Positions 47,682 through 57,927 of a stretch of 64,000 nt of DNA are shown piece by piece. The stretch is from Turneriella sp. (GTDB lineage: Bacteria > Spirochaetota > Leptospiria > Turneriellales > Turneriellaceae). The notes below the pieces were generated by a model. The model did no database searches. It saw nothing but the letters and a program-made list of their open reading frames with translations, and had not been told where the DNA came from. The stretch lies in assembly GCA_965279515.1 (NCBI GenBank), contig CBDIID010000003.1, positions 2,016,001-2,080,000 on the forward strand, in the 5' to 3' direction. Position numbers and translations under genes: made by a program. Each line of letters opens with the position of its first letter. Positions within the stretch are counted from its first letter, which is position 1.

Positions 47682-49748
47682 GTGGCTAATGCAGAGCCGG
47701 GCGCCGGGTCGGTGGCCGAATGGTATAGCCTCGTTTTCGAACGCAAATCGCCCTACGCTGAAACCATCTACCGCCGTTTTCTCGAACGCCTTGAAACCTA
47801 TACCGAAGGCCGTTTAACGGGTGACCTGAGACGCCAGCATGCGCTACGCTATCTTGCCCCGTCGCTGCATCTCTTAAAAAGCCCTTTTGAGTTCCCTGGC
47901 ATGGCGACGGCTGTCGACCTCATGCGTGAGCATGCTGCTAAAACGGATGCCCGCGTGGTCATCTACGGCGACCGCGACGCCGATGGCGTGACCTCTGCCT
48001 CACTCCTGACGTTGTTTTGCCGCGAGCAGCTGAAAATTGGCCGCGAACGGCTTGTGACACTCGTGCCGCGCGAAGAAGATAAATACGGCATTACTCCCGA
48101 GGTCGGCGCGCGTATCATTGCCGAAAAACCCGATCTTCTGATCACCCTTGACTGCGGTTCATCTAACCGAACCGAGCTACTCGAGGTGCAAAAAGCGACG
48201 GGTTGCAAAACGATTATCATAGACCACCACTTTATTCCGCCCGATGCCGCCGACTACCCTGCCGTCGAAGCGTTTATCAACCCGAAATTACTGGCCGAAT
48301 TTGAATTTGCCCGCGACTATTGTACCGCGGCAATCACGCTGCGCTTCGTGCAGGCCATACTCTACTCTTACAGCCGCGAATACAATGAGAGTATTGGCAT
48401 CAAGACAGACACCGGTGAAATTATCATCCGTAACGGCATATTGGTTGAGGGGGATTTCCACAAGTGCGCGCGGCATTATACCCTGGCGCAAACCCACGCC
48501 GATGAGGTGCATGTTGAAAAACACGATCTCGTAAAAATTTTCGAGCACACAGCCCGGGAAAATTTCGAAATGAAACGGCTCTGGAGTTTATACAGTAAAA
48601 AACCTGAAGCGCTTTCTGCGCTTGAGATTTTCAACGCCATTCAATCTGCGAGCTTCCGCAAGTCGCATGCCGTGCTGGCGCAGTACATTCCCTTCGCAGC
48701 GATCGGTCTTGTCGCCGACCTCATGCCCGTCTATGCCGATAACCGCATTCTTGTGCGCGAGGGGCTTAGCGTCATGGCCCGGCAGATGGATACGCTGCCG
48801 ATGGGGCTTGCGGCGCTGCTCAAAAAACTCAACCTTGCGGGTTCTGTTGCAGAACAAGATCTGGGTTTTTCCGTCTGCCCTGTCATCAACGCTGCAGGCC
48901 GCATGGGTAATGCCACGCTCGCGCTCACCGCACTCACGGAAACCGATCCATTGGCCGCGGCAAAGGCTGTCTTTGCGCTGACCCAGATTAATGAGGCGCG
49001 CAAAGAGGCGTCACAGTCATCGCTCGACCTTCTGGACGAAGCGCTCGACGCGCGATCGCATGACGCGCCCGTCGCGGTGGCGGTCCATGAGAATTTCCAC
49101 CGTGGTATTTCAGGGCTCATTGCCTCGAAGATCGCCGAGCGGCTGACGAAACCGGCCCTGGTTCTCGTGCCCGACGGCGACTGTTACCGCGGCTCAGGGC
49201 GCGCCTTCCGCAATGAAAATGTGCACGGGCTGATCGACTCCCTGGGCGCGCACCTGATCCAGTATGGCGGGCACCGCCAGGCCGCGGGCTTCTCGGTCGC
49301 GAAAGAAAACATCGGCGCATTCGTCGATGCCATCTTTGCCGCCGCTGCCGGACATTTTGCCGCAGCTGGGGGAGAGTCCGGGCAAACGGCTGTCGATCCT
49401 TTCCGCAATTTTAATCCGCCTTTGGAAATTGAGGCCGCCAGCATGCGTATGCCGCTTTGGGATGAACTGCTGCTGCATGCCCCCTATGGCGTGATGAACC
49501 CCCACCCCGTTGTCGCCGTGCAGAAGCCCGGTAAGGTCGAGGTCGCAAACCTCGGCAAAACGGGTGCGCATGTTAAAATCAAGTTCAGCGCACCGGCCGA
49601 CCGCAACATCGAAGGTGTCTGGTTTTTCCACGGCGGTGCAGCAGAGGGCGTTGGTGAGCGCACCGACCTCGTGGTCAGCGGCGAGCCGCAGGTCGGCAAA
49701 TTCATGGGGCGTACGCAGTACCGGCTGAAAATTACGAAGATCACATAG
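47682..49748 (+). CDS. recJ: Single-stranded-DNA exonuclease RecJ
   Basis: YGDRDADG, LDCG, DHH, G.VAD, INAAGR, GSGR, GGH..AAG motifs. Confidence 0.92.
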   Translation: MANAEPGAGSVAEWYSLVFERKSPYAETIYRRFLERLETYTEGRLTGDLRRQHALRYLAPSLHLLKSPFEFPGMATAVDLMREHAAKTDARVVIYGDRDADGVTSASLLTLFCREQLKIGRERLVTLVPREEDKYGITPEVGARIIAEKPDLLITLDCGSSNRTELLEVQKATGCKTIIIDHHFIPPDAADYPAVEAFINPKLLAEFEFARDYCTAAITLRFVQAILYSYSREYNESIGIKTDTGEIIIRNGILVEGDFHKCARHYTLAQTHADEVHVEKHDLVKIFEHTARENFEMKRLWSLYSKKPEALSALEIFNAIQSASFRKSHAVLAQYIPFAAIGLVADLMPVYADNRILVREGLSVMARQMDTLPMGLAALLKKLNLAGSVAEQDLGFSVCPVINAAGRMGNATLALTALTETDPLAAAKAVFALTQINEARKEASQSSLDLLDEALDARSHDAPVAVAVHENFHRGISGLIASKIAERLTKPALVLVPDGDCYRGSGRAFRNENVHGLIDSLGAHLIQYGGHRQAAGFSVAKENIGAFVDAIFAAAAGHFAAAGGESGQTAVDPFRNFNPPLEIEAASMRMPLWDELLLHAPYGVMNPHPVVAVQKPGKVEVANLGKTGAHVKIKFSAPADRNIEGVWFFHGGAAEGVGERTDLVVSGEPQVGKFMGRTQYRLKITKIT

Positions 49749-49782
49749 TGTTGTGGCCCGGGGCATTCGGCAGGCAACGAAC

Positions 49783-50643
49783 ATGAGTCTTGTTCGTATC
49801 TGGAGCTTTACCTTTTTTGCAGTCGGCGCTTTCGCCGCAAATTCTGTCATCTGCCGTCTCGCGTTAGGGCAAAAGGCCATTGATGCCGGCAGTTTTACGG
49901 CGATTCGTCTGATATCCGGTGCGCTGACGCTGATCCTCATCACCTCTTTGCGCGCGAAGCCATATGCTGCGCTCAAACATGGCAGACTCGTCTCGGCGAT
50001 CGCACTCTTCGTCTATGCCATCGCTTTTTCCTTCGCCTACCTAACTCTCGACACGGGTACGGGCGCTGTCATCCTCTTTGGCTGCGTGCAGATCACGATG
50101 ATTTTCTACTCACTGTTCAAAGGAAACAGGTTAACTATTCTGGAATGGTTAGGTCTGTGCACAGCGCTCGCTGGTTTCATCTATCTGGTTTCACCGCGTA
50201 TCTCAACACCTGCAGCTTTCGGATTTATGCTGATGGCACTCGCTGGCCTCGCATGGGCCGTGTACACACTGCGCGGTAAAACTGCGCAGAACCCGCTGCT
50301 TTCTACAACAGGGAATTTTGTTCTTACTGTACCGCTGGCTATGGTACTATTTTTTCTGGTGCGCGACAATTTGCAATTTTCACAGGCGGGAATTCTACTC
50401 GCCATACTCTCGGGCTGCGTTGCTTCGGGCTTAGGCTACACCATTTGGTATCATGTTCTGCCGCACCTCTCGGTGACGGAGGCCGCCGTCGTCCAGCTGG
50501 CCGCCCCCGCGCTCGCTGCACTCGGCGGCATTGTCTTTATGTCCGAAGTAGCGACGCTGCGCTTGGGTATTTCATCGCTGGCGATTCTGGGCGGCATATT
50601 TGCGGTGATCTTAGGTCGGCGCAGCACGAACCGCAAAGCCTGA
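49783..50643 (+). CDS. DMT/EamA-family transporter
   Basis: AFAANS..CRLAL N-terminus, about 10 TM segments. Confidence 0.88.
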   Translation: MSLVRIWSFTFFAVGAFAANSVICRLALGQKAIDAGSFTAIRLISGALTLILITSLRAKPYAALKHGRLVSAIALFVYAIAFSFAYLTLDTGTGAVILFGCVQITMIFYSLFKGNRLTILEWLGLCTALAGFIYLVSPRISTPAAFGFMLMALAGLAWAVYTLRGKTAQNPLLSTTGNFVLTVPLAMVLFFLVRDNLQFSQAGILLAILSGCVASGLGYTIWYHVLPHLSVTEAAVVQLAAPALAALGGIVFMSEVATLRLGISSLAILGGIFAVILGRRSTNRKA

Positions 50644-50734
50644 AAACCGCTTGCCACAAGGCGGCGGCGCCTGGTGCTTGTGCCGTCAGGAAACTGGCAT
50701 ACAAATAGCTGAACACTTCATAAGCCGATCAAAA

Positions 50735-52300
50735 ATGCCTATCGATTCATTTAAAAAGAAGAAGATTTTCCAAATTTTTGCAATTCCCGTTATACTTATA
50801 CCCTTAATTGCGGCGACAGATGCAATGGCAGTCTCGCCCGAAAGCGCAGGGCAGCCAAAACCTAAAATCTTCAATGGTCAGATAGAATTGCGGCCCTTTA
50901 AAATCTCAATACAAAATCCGCGCGATAACTGGCTCGTCGAATATGTCACGCATAACCTGCGGCGCGACCTTTCGCGCATTCCCGGTATTCTCTTTCAGGC
51001 TCGCGAGAACAAAGCAGGGATTCCCGCAAACGAAACTGAATACGGTGGTTCTGTTGAAGGCACCATCGACATCGATGCCGAGGAAATCAAGGTTGAAATC
51101 CTCGTGCTCGATGCCACCACACAGAAACTGCTTCTGCGGGAAAAGGGGCAGTGGAAAAAGGACGAAGGCTTGTTCAAAAAAATGGATCAGCTTTCGACCC
51201 GTATAGTGGGTTTCATGGAGAAAAGCCTCCCAGAAACGAAAAAGCCGGCTCCGGGTGGCGAGGTAAAACCGCAGGCGCAGCGCCAAATCCGCATGCTGCT
51301 TTTGCCATTTGAAAATCTGACCGGACAAAAAAAATACGCATGGCTGCGCAGTTCGCTTCGCGACTGGATGCGTCGCCGGCTTGAGGGCGACGACAGATTC
51401 CGCGCTTATTTTCTCAGCAAAGCACAGAAAAAAGCCCTCGATGCGGGTGAAAATCCACTGATCATCGCACGGGGCGCGGGGTATGACGGCATCATCGTCA
51501 CCAAATATGCCGTGATCGGCAAAACGATGCGGATGGAAACCACGGTGATCGCTGTCGACGAAGGACAGGTGCTGCATGTCGAAGTTGTCGATGGCCCTGT
51601 CGACAGCGACATTTTCAGTAAGATCGACAGCACATCAACGGTGCTTATTACCGAAATTCCGAAAAAAATCCGCATCAAGGCAAAACCTGAAACTGTCGAA
51701 GAAGCAGACGAGGACGATAGCGACGTTGCCGGGACGCCGCCCCCGCAGGCTGAGATTCCACCCAACCCCGTGAAACCCACCGTTGCGGAAGAAACGCCAG
51801 CTGAGCCCGCTGCGGAAAAAAGCAAACGCAGTTTTCCCGAATTGCCGGTTAACTTTTATCTCACCAACGCGCTGCCGTTGGCAGAAGTTTCAAACCATTT
51901 GGGTTACAGCATGGGGCTGCGCTCAGATGCGCGGCTACGTCCCTTTAACTGGATGGGAAACTTTTATTCCTATGCCGCGCTGCAGGGTTTTTATTCCGGC
52001 GGCAAAACGGTGAGTGGCATGTTCTTTTTTGCCGCGAACCTGGGCCTCACGTATCCCGTGCGAATCGAACAGAAATATGCCCTTTTACCGCACGCAGCCA
52101 TCGGCTATTCAACGGGCCGTCTGTCTTACGAAGCGGGATATCCCTTTCTTTTACCCTCGCTCGACCTGGGTGTTACCGGCGAGATGCCGCTCTTCAAAGA
52201 CTGGCACCTTGCCGTTTCGCTTACCTATTACAAGCTGCTCGATAAATACATGAATATATCCTTCGTGCAACTGCATATCGGGCTGGGGATGGTTTTTTGA
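50735..52300 (+). CDS. Hypothetical exported protein: two TolB-N/CsgG-like domains plus C-terminal beta-barrel
   Basis: Signal peptide, two (L)PF...WL repeats, acidic/Pro linker, amphipathic strands ending in terminal Phe. Confidence 0.65.
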   Translation: MPIDSFKKKKIFQIFAIPVILIPLIAATDAMAVSPESAGQPKPKIFNGQIELRPFKISIQNPRDNWLVEYVTHNLRRDLSRIPGILFQARENKAGIPANETEYGGSVEGTIDIDAEEIKVEILVLDATTQKLLLREKGQWKKDEGLFKKMDQLSTRIVGFMEKSLPETKKPAPGGEVKPQAQRQIRMLLLPFENLTGQKKYAWLRSSLRDWMRRRLEGDDRFRAYFLSKAQKKALDAGENPLIIARGAGYDGIIVTKYAVIGKTMRMETTVIAVDEGQVLHVEVVDGPVDSDIFSKIDSTSTVLITEIPKKIRIKAKPETVEEADEDDSDVAGTPPPQAEIPPNPVKPTVAEETPAEPAAEKSKRSFPELPVNFYLTNALPLAEVSNHLGYSMGLRSDARLRPFNWMGNFYSYAALQGFYSGGKTVSGMFFFAANLGLTYPVRIEQKYALLPHAAIGYSTGRLSYEAGYPFLLPSLDLGVTGEMPLFKDWHLAVSLTYYKLLDKYMNISFVQLHIGLGMVF

Positions 52301-52310
52301 GGACGCCATT

Positions 52311-53681
52311 ATGAAACTATCGATTCTGATGCTTCTTGCACTACCAGGATTTCGCTGCGTCTATATCGGTGATAAGTTTCCAAAAAATGGTTCGTCGGAT
52401 AATGGAACAGCGAACGTGGCCGCGCAGCTCATTACCAATAACGGTGTAAAGCAATGGGCCGCACTCGACGGGGTTGCGGCAAAGAACACGAGTGGTTTTG
52501 CAACGGCAACGGATAGTACCGGTAACGTATTCGTAACCGGAAGCACGGCTGGAGGCGGCGGTCTCGGCGGCCAGGCAGGAGTTTCCTCCGCGGGTGATAC
52601 CTTTATTGCAAAATACGATACGAATGGCACGCCGTTATGGACGCGTCTTTTCGGAGCTGCCCCAAATAGTCTCAGTACACCCAGCGGAATCTGTACCGAT
52701 TCTTCCGGAAACGCATATATTACCGGAGTTTCACTCGGGGATTTTCAAGGGGAAATTAAAACCGGAGCACAGGATACCTTTGTGATGAAGGTCGATGGTA
52801 GTGGCACCATGGCCTGGGCACGCATGCGCGGCGTCACGGGACAAATCATGCCCGGAAACGGACTCGCCTGCGACGGCGCGGGTAATACCTATATCGTCGC
52901 AACGCTAAATGGTACGGGTTTGACACTCGATAGCTACACCAGCGTCGGCTCTCAGGATCTGATTCTGCTCAAATATGATACAGCGGGAACCTGGCTCTGG
53001 ACTCAGGGCGAGGGAGTTGTAGGGAACGCAACCGTTGGCAGTGGCGTTGCCCTCGACGCAGCGGGCAATATCTATGCGACCGGATCTACCCGCGGCGCCC
53101 TGAACGGCGAAACCTATACGGGTGGCGGTGGAGATAATCCCTTTATTATCCAATACGATTCCGCCGGCAGCCGCCAATGGACCCGATTAAGCGCCTTGAC
53201 TGCCGCAGCCTCTGCGAACGCAATCGCCGTGGACGCCGCGGGTTATCCGGTAATGGCCGGATCGACAACCGGTAATATGGACGGCGTTGCGCTGACGGGC
53301 AGTACCGATGTTTTTGTTTCGAAATACTCCCCTACCGGTGTAAGGCAGTGGACCAGTCTCAGCGGTGTTAGTCCCGCAAACACACAGGGCACAGGCATCA
53401 TAGCGGATGCAGCGAATAATGTCTATGCCACAGGTTCCACGACAGGCAATTTGGGGGGAAGCACGAAGACGGGCACTCAGGATCTATTTGTTCAGCGTTA
53501 CGACTCCACTGGAGCGCTGCAATGGACTCGCCTGCTCGGAAAGACCGGCTCTACGATCCAAACCAAAGGTTCGGCTTACCATGCAAGCGGAGCGCTCTAC
53601 GTGACGGGGTCCGCAAATCTGGGAATCGATACCGCGAATAGCATAGGTAGCATGGATTATTTTGTTACGGCTTACCGTTGA
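52311..53681 (+). CDS. SBBP beta-propeller repeat lipoprotein
   Basis: Repeated D..GN.Y.TG.T....D.F..KYD..G...W units. GAGG SD. Signal peptide ending FRC. Confidence 0.88.
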   Translation: MKLSILMLLALPGFRCVYIGDKFPKNGSSDNGTANVAAQLITNNGVKQWAALDGVAAKNTSGFATATDSTGNVFVTGSTAGGGGLGGQAGVSSAGDTFIAKYDTNGTPLWTRLFGAAPNSLSTPSGICTDSSGNAYITGVSLGDFQGEIKTGAQDTFVMKVDGSGTMAWARMRGVTGQIMPGNGLACDGAGNTYIVATLNGTGLTLDSYTSVGSQDLILLKYDTAGTWLWTQGEGVVGNATVGSGVALDAAGNIYATGSTRGALNGETYTGGGGDNPFIIQYDSAGSRQWTRLSALTAAASANAIAVDAAGYPVMAGSTTGNMDGVALTGSTDVFVSKYSPTGVRQWTSLSGVSPANTQGTGIIADAANNVYATGSTTGNLGGSTKTGTQDLFVQRYDSTGALQWTRLLGKTGSTIQTKGSAYHASGALYVTGSANLGIDTANSIGSMDYFVTAYR

Positions 53682-53729
53682 TCTCCGAAAAGTGGATTTC
53701 GCCCTGATTTCTTCATAGATTATAGACCC

Positions 53730-56135
53730 GTGCCAGAAAATAAACAGCCACTGATTGTCCCGATTAACCAGCTATTGCCCCCCGAGCTGTTTATACTGCC
53801 TGTGCGGCACCGCCCGGTTTTTCCCGGCATGGTGACGCCGCTGGTCATTGCCGAGGGTAAGCTCGCCGAGGCGATCGAGACCGTACACAAATCGAACCAG
53901 TACCTGGGCCTCGTCATGCAGCACGACGACACGCAGAGCGAGGTCGGGCCCGAGAATCTCTTCAAGGTCGGCACTGCTGCGAAAATCTTAAAACGCATCA
54001 ATCTGCCCGAGGGGGGGATGCACCTGCTCGTCAACTCCCTCGAACGCTTCAAAATTCATTCTTTCCTGCAGACGCAGCCGCAACTGCAGGCGAAAGTCGA
54101 ATACCAGATCGAACAGACCGAGGTGCGCGACAAAGAACTCATCGCGCTGATGCGCAGCGTTCTCAACCAGGCAAAAGAGATGATGGCGGAGAACCCCTAC
54201 TTCACCGAAGAGATGAAACTCACGCTCATCAACGTCGAAGAACCCGGCAAGATCGCCGATTTCGTCTGCAGCGTACTCAATCTTAAACGCGAAGAGTTCC
54301 AGGAAATTCTCGAAACCTTTGACATACGCCGCCGCCTCGAGCGCACACTGCAGTTTCTCGCGCGCGAACTCGATCTCGTCAAGCTGCAACGCAAGATTCA
54401 GGGCAAGGTTAACCAGAGCGCCGAGACCAACCAGCGCGAATATTACCTGCGCGAACAACTCAAAGCCATCAAGACTGAGCTGCGCGGTCCTGAGACCAAA
54501 GACAAGGACGGCGAGTATTACCGCCAGAAAATCGAAGCGGCCAAACTGCCCGCCGAAGCGAATGAGAAGGCGCTCGACGAATGTTCGAAGCTTGATTATG
54601 TCGAGCCGAGCTCGCATGAATACACCGTCATCCGTAACTATCTCGATACCTTGCTCGACCTGCCATGGAATGTCGAAGCCGTCGATCACATCGACCTTCC
54701 CCATGCGCGCCAGATTCTGAACCGCGACCACTACGGCCTGGGCGATGTCAAAACGCGCATTCTCGAATACCTCGCCGTGCGCTCTCTTAAAAAAGATGTC
54801 AAAGGGTCGATTATCTGCCTCGTCGGTCCGCCCGGCGTCGGCAAGACCTCGCTCGGCCGCTCGATCGCCGCAGCGATGAAAAAGAAATTTTTCCGCTTCT
54901 CATTGGGTGGCATGCGCGACGAAGCCGAGATCAAAGGCCACCGCCGTACCTATATCGGCGCGATGCCCGGCAAGATTATCCAGGGCCTCAAAACCACCAA
55001 GGCGAAAGACATGGTGCTGATGCTCGACGAAATCGATAAGCTCGGTCGTTCTTTCCACGGCGACCCTGCATCCGCACTGCTCGAGGTGCTCGACCCGCAG
55101 CAGAATTTTGAATTCCGCGATCATTTTCTTGATCTGCCCTTCGATCTCTCGAAGATCACGTTTATCACCACGGCAAATACGCTCGATTCCATTCCCGAAC
55201 CGCTGATCGACCGTATGGAAATCATCCGCCTGCCGGGTTATATTCTCGAAGAGAAGATGCAGATCGCAAAAAAATACCTGGTCGGCCGCGCAGTGGCCGA
55301 TTCGGGCCTCACGAAAAAAAATGCCCCGGCACTTTCGACAGCCGGCCTGCGGTTTGTCATCGATTCATATGCCCGCGAGGCGGGTGTACGGCGCCTCGAA
55401 AAAGAAATTCAGAAACTCTACCGCAAGGCGGCGACGGCGCTTGTCGAAAAGAAATCCTTCCCGAAAACCCTGACACCGAAAGAAATCCCCACCTATTTGG
55501 GTAAGCCTGTTTTCACGAAGGCCGACGATTTTACCACGCTCGCCATCGGCAGCGCGATCGGCCTCGCCTATACTTCGATGGGCGGCGCGACTCTGACCAT
55601 CGAATCGCGCAAGTTTCCGGGTCGCGGCCGCGTTAAATTTACCGGCCAGATCGGTAAGGTCATGAGTGAAAGTGCAGAGATCGCCGTGACGTACGCGCGC
55701 TCGCTCGAACCCGATGACAAGTTCTGGTCCAAACACGACATCCACATCCACGTACCTGACGGAGCAACACCCAAGGATGGCCCATCGGCCGGCATCACGA
55801 TTACGACCGCGCTGTTGTCGCTGCTACGCGATAAGAAAATCAAGGCCGGCTATGCGATGACCGGTGAAATTCGTCTCTCGGGCGATGTGCTGCCCATTGG
55901 CGGCCTGCGCGAGAAGATTGTCGCGGCGCGCCGCGTCGGCATCCGTAACGTGATTTTCCCGTTCGATAACCTGCGTGATTTTGAAGAACTGCCCAAGGAA
56001 CTCAAGACCGGGCTGAAGGTTTTTCCGACAAAACACTATAGCGAGATCGAAGCGTTATTGTTCGGCGCTGCGAAGCCAAAAGCCGCCCCGAAAAAGAAGC
56101 CCCGCATCCTGCTGAAAAAATCCCGGGCGGCGTGA
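53730..56135 (+). CDS. lon: ATP-dependent protease La
   Basis: GPPGVGKTS, GHRRTYIGA, LDEIDK, PKDGPSAG catalytic Ser, IGG..EK. Confidence 0.97.
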   Translation: MPENKQPLIVPINQLLPPELFILPVRHRPVFPGMVTPLVIAEGKLAEAIETVHKSNQYLGLVMQHDDTQSEVGPENLFKVGTAAKILKRINLPEGGMHLLVNSLERFKIHSFLQTQPQLQAKVEYQIEQTEVRDKELIALMRSVLNQAKEMMAENPYFTEEMKLTLINVEEPGKIADFVCSVLNLKREEFQEILETFDIRRRLERTLQFLARELDLVKLQRKIQGKVNQSAETNQREYYLREQLKAIKTELRGPETKDKDGEYYRQKIEAAKLPAEANEKALDECSKLDYVEPSSHEYTVIRNYLDTLLDLPWNVEAVDHIDLPHARQILNRDHYGLGDVKTRILEYLAVRSLKKDVKGSIICLVGPPGVGKTSLGRSIAAAMKKKFFRFSLGGMRDEAEIKGHRRTYIGAMPGKIIQGLKTTKAKDMVLMLDEIDKLGRSFHGDPASALLEVLDPQQNFEFRDHFLDLPFDLSKITFITTANTLDSIPEPLIDRMEIIRLPGYILEEKMQIAKKYLVGRAVADSGLTKKNAPALSTAGLRFVIDSYAREAGVRRLEKEIQKLYRKAATALVEKKSFPKTLTPKEIPTYLGKPVFTKADDFTTLAIGSAIGLAYTSMGGATLTIESRKFPGRGRVKFTGQIGKVMSESAEIAVTYARSLEPDDKFWSKHDIHIHVPDGATPKDGPSAGITITTALLSLLRDKKIKAGYAMTGEIRLSGDVLPIGGLREKIVAARRVGIRNVIFPFDNLRDFEELPKELKTGLKVFPTKHYSEIEALLFGAAKPKAAPKKKPRILLKKSRAA

Positions 56136-56159
56136 TTTAATGGTCCCGGCGGCATAACG

Positions 56160-57122
56160 GTGGATTTCCCCTGGGAAAAAGTTTCTATTGCACCGATGAT
56201 GGATATCACCGACAGGCGTTTCCGCTACTTCATGCGCCTGATCAATCCGCGCGTGCGCCTCTATACCGAAATGATCGTCTGCCACGCAATTGTGCGCGGC
56301 GACCGCAACCGCCTGCTGCAATTCGACGCCAGCGAACATCCGGTGACGCTGCAACTGGGCGGGGATAATCCGCAGCTTGTCGCTGAAGCCGCAAAGATCG
56401 GCGAAGATTTCGGTTATGACGCGATCGATCTCAATTGCGGCTGCCCGTCTGACCGCGTCGAGAGCGGCAATTTCGGCGTCTGCCTGATGCGCGAACCGCA
56501 AAAAGTCGCTGCCATTGTTGAAAGCGTGCAGGCCGCCTGCAAAATTCCGGTAAGAGTCAAATGCCGTATCGGCATCACAGGCGAAGAGAGCGAAGTGGGA
56601 TTGCTGAATTTCGCGACCCTGGTATTCGATGCCGGGGCGGCTTCACTGACTGTGCACGCGCGCACGGCGACACTGGGAGGATTTTCCCCGAAGCAGAATC
56701 GTGAAATTCCACCGCTCGACTATGACATCGTATACCGCTTGAAAGAAAAATTTCCGCAGAGACCGATCGAAATCAACGGTGGTATCAAGACCCGCGAACA
56801 GATTGTATCCCATTTGGATAAAGTCGACCGCGTGATGATCGGCCGCCTCGCGCACGAAGATCCTTTTTTCTTCGCGACGGGCGATACCGGGTTGGACGCC
56901 CGGCTGGCCGTCCTGGACGCCATGGCTGAGTATGCCGGCCGTTTCGAAAAACCGGATATCACCGCCGCAAAATTCTATCCGAACATGCTGAACATTCTGC
57001 ACGGCTTACCGGGTGCGCGGCTGATGCGGCGATTTTTGTGCGAAGATGGCAGAAAACTCTCTCCCGCCAAAGCGATGGCGGCGCTCAGGGACCAGTCACA
57101 CAACATATTCCAGCCGGCATAG
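56160..57122 (+). CDS. dusA: tRNA-dihydrouridine synthase A
   Basis: APMMD.TD, QLGG, LNCGCPS.RV, VHAR, SPKQNREIPPL, INGG, MIGR motifs. Confidence 0.93.
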   Translation: MDFPWEKVSIAPMMDITDRRFRYFMRLINPRVRLYTEMIVCHAIVRGDRNRLLQFDASEHPVTLQLGGDNPQLVAEAAKIGEDFGYDAIDLNCGCPSDRVESGNFGVCLMREPQKVAAIVESVQAACKIPVRVKCRIGITGEESEVGLLNFATLVFDAGAASLTVHARTATLGGFSPKQNREIPPLDYDIVYRLKEKFPQRPIEINGGIKTREQIVSHLDKVDRVMIGRLAHEDPFFFATGDTGLDARLAVLDAMAEYAGRFEKPDITAAKFYPNMLNILHGLPGARLMRRFLCEDGRKLSPAKAMAALRDQSHNIFQPA

Positions 57123-57159
57123 CGGTAGTCGTTATGTCTCATTACGCTGTAATGGCGCG

Positions 57160-57891
57160 GTGCGCCGATCGTCGCTGTCCATTCCGCTTTTTCTTCTAGG
57201 TATCCTTTTTACCGCTACCAGGTTGAGAGCCGAAACACGCAGCTTTGCCTGCAAAGCCACAGACCCGGCGAGTAAAAAAGCTGTCTTTAAGTGCACCGGG
57301 GCAGAAATGCGCCACAATGGCAAACTGATCAGCGCTGAAATAACATACCGCCTGCCGAATGGCAAAATTCTCGGCCGGGAAAAAATCAACTTCCGTAAAA
57401 ACGCGAAATCCCCCGACCTGTCGCTGTCCGATGAGCGTGACGGCAGGCGTGAAATGATTGAACGCACCGGCGCCGGCTTTAACATTCTGATGCAGGATAA
57501 CAAAAAAGCAACACCGGAATTCACCAGGCTCAATCATAACGATCAGGATCACGAGGCCCTGACGATTCCCGGTATGCCCCAGTACATCGCCGAAAACTGG
57601 AATAAAATTCTCTCCGGTGAGCGATTGATATTTTTTTGCGCTTTCCCGGCGCAGAAAAAGCTGCTGCGGCTGAGGGTGCAGTTTGTCCACAAATTCAAAT
57701 ACGGCAAGACCGACGCCGTGTTACTGCGCATTCAGCCCGATAATTTTGTCTACCGCTGGTTCTCTGACCCGGTCTTTCTGACCTTCCGGTTGCGCGATCA
57801 GAAATTATTGCGCTACCAGGGATTGCATTATATCCGCGACGGGAAAACCGGCGGCGGCAGTATTCTCGATCTTGCCTTCGAATGGTATTGA
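57160..57891 (+). CDS. Hypothetical exported protein
   Basis: Signal-like segment from GTG 57160. Beta-rich, with L..Y.G motif near the C-terminus. Confidence 0.65.
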   Translation: MRRSSLSIPLFLLGILFTATRLRAETRSFACKATDPASKKAVFKCTGAEMRHNGKLISAEITYRLPNGKILGREKINFRKNAKSPDLSLSDERDGRREMIERTGAGFNILMQDNKKATPEFTRLNHNDQDHEALTIPGMPQYIAENWNKILSGERLIFFCAFPAQKKLLRLRVQFVHKFKYGKTDAVLLRIQPDNFVYRWFSDPVFLTFRLRDQKLLRYQGLHYIRDGKTGGGSILDLAFEWY

Positions 57892-57893
57892 GA

Positions 57894-57916
57894 CGCCGCT
57901 CCCAAAGGGAGCGGCG
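57894..57916. terminator. GC-rich hairpin between convergent genes
   Basis: CGCCGCTCCC-AAA-GGGAGCGGCG, perfect 10-bp stem. Confidence 0.7.
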
Positions 57917-57927
57917 CGTTATACCGG

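Noticed and set aside
48370..48680. Insertion in RecJ as an intein or mobile insert
   Set aside because: No intein terminal motifs or DNA palindrome. Probably a lineage-specific extra subdomain.
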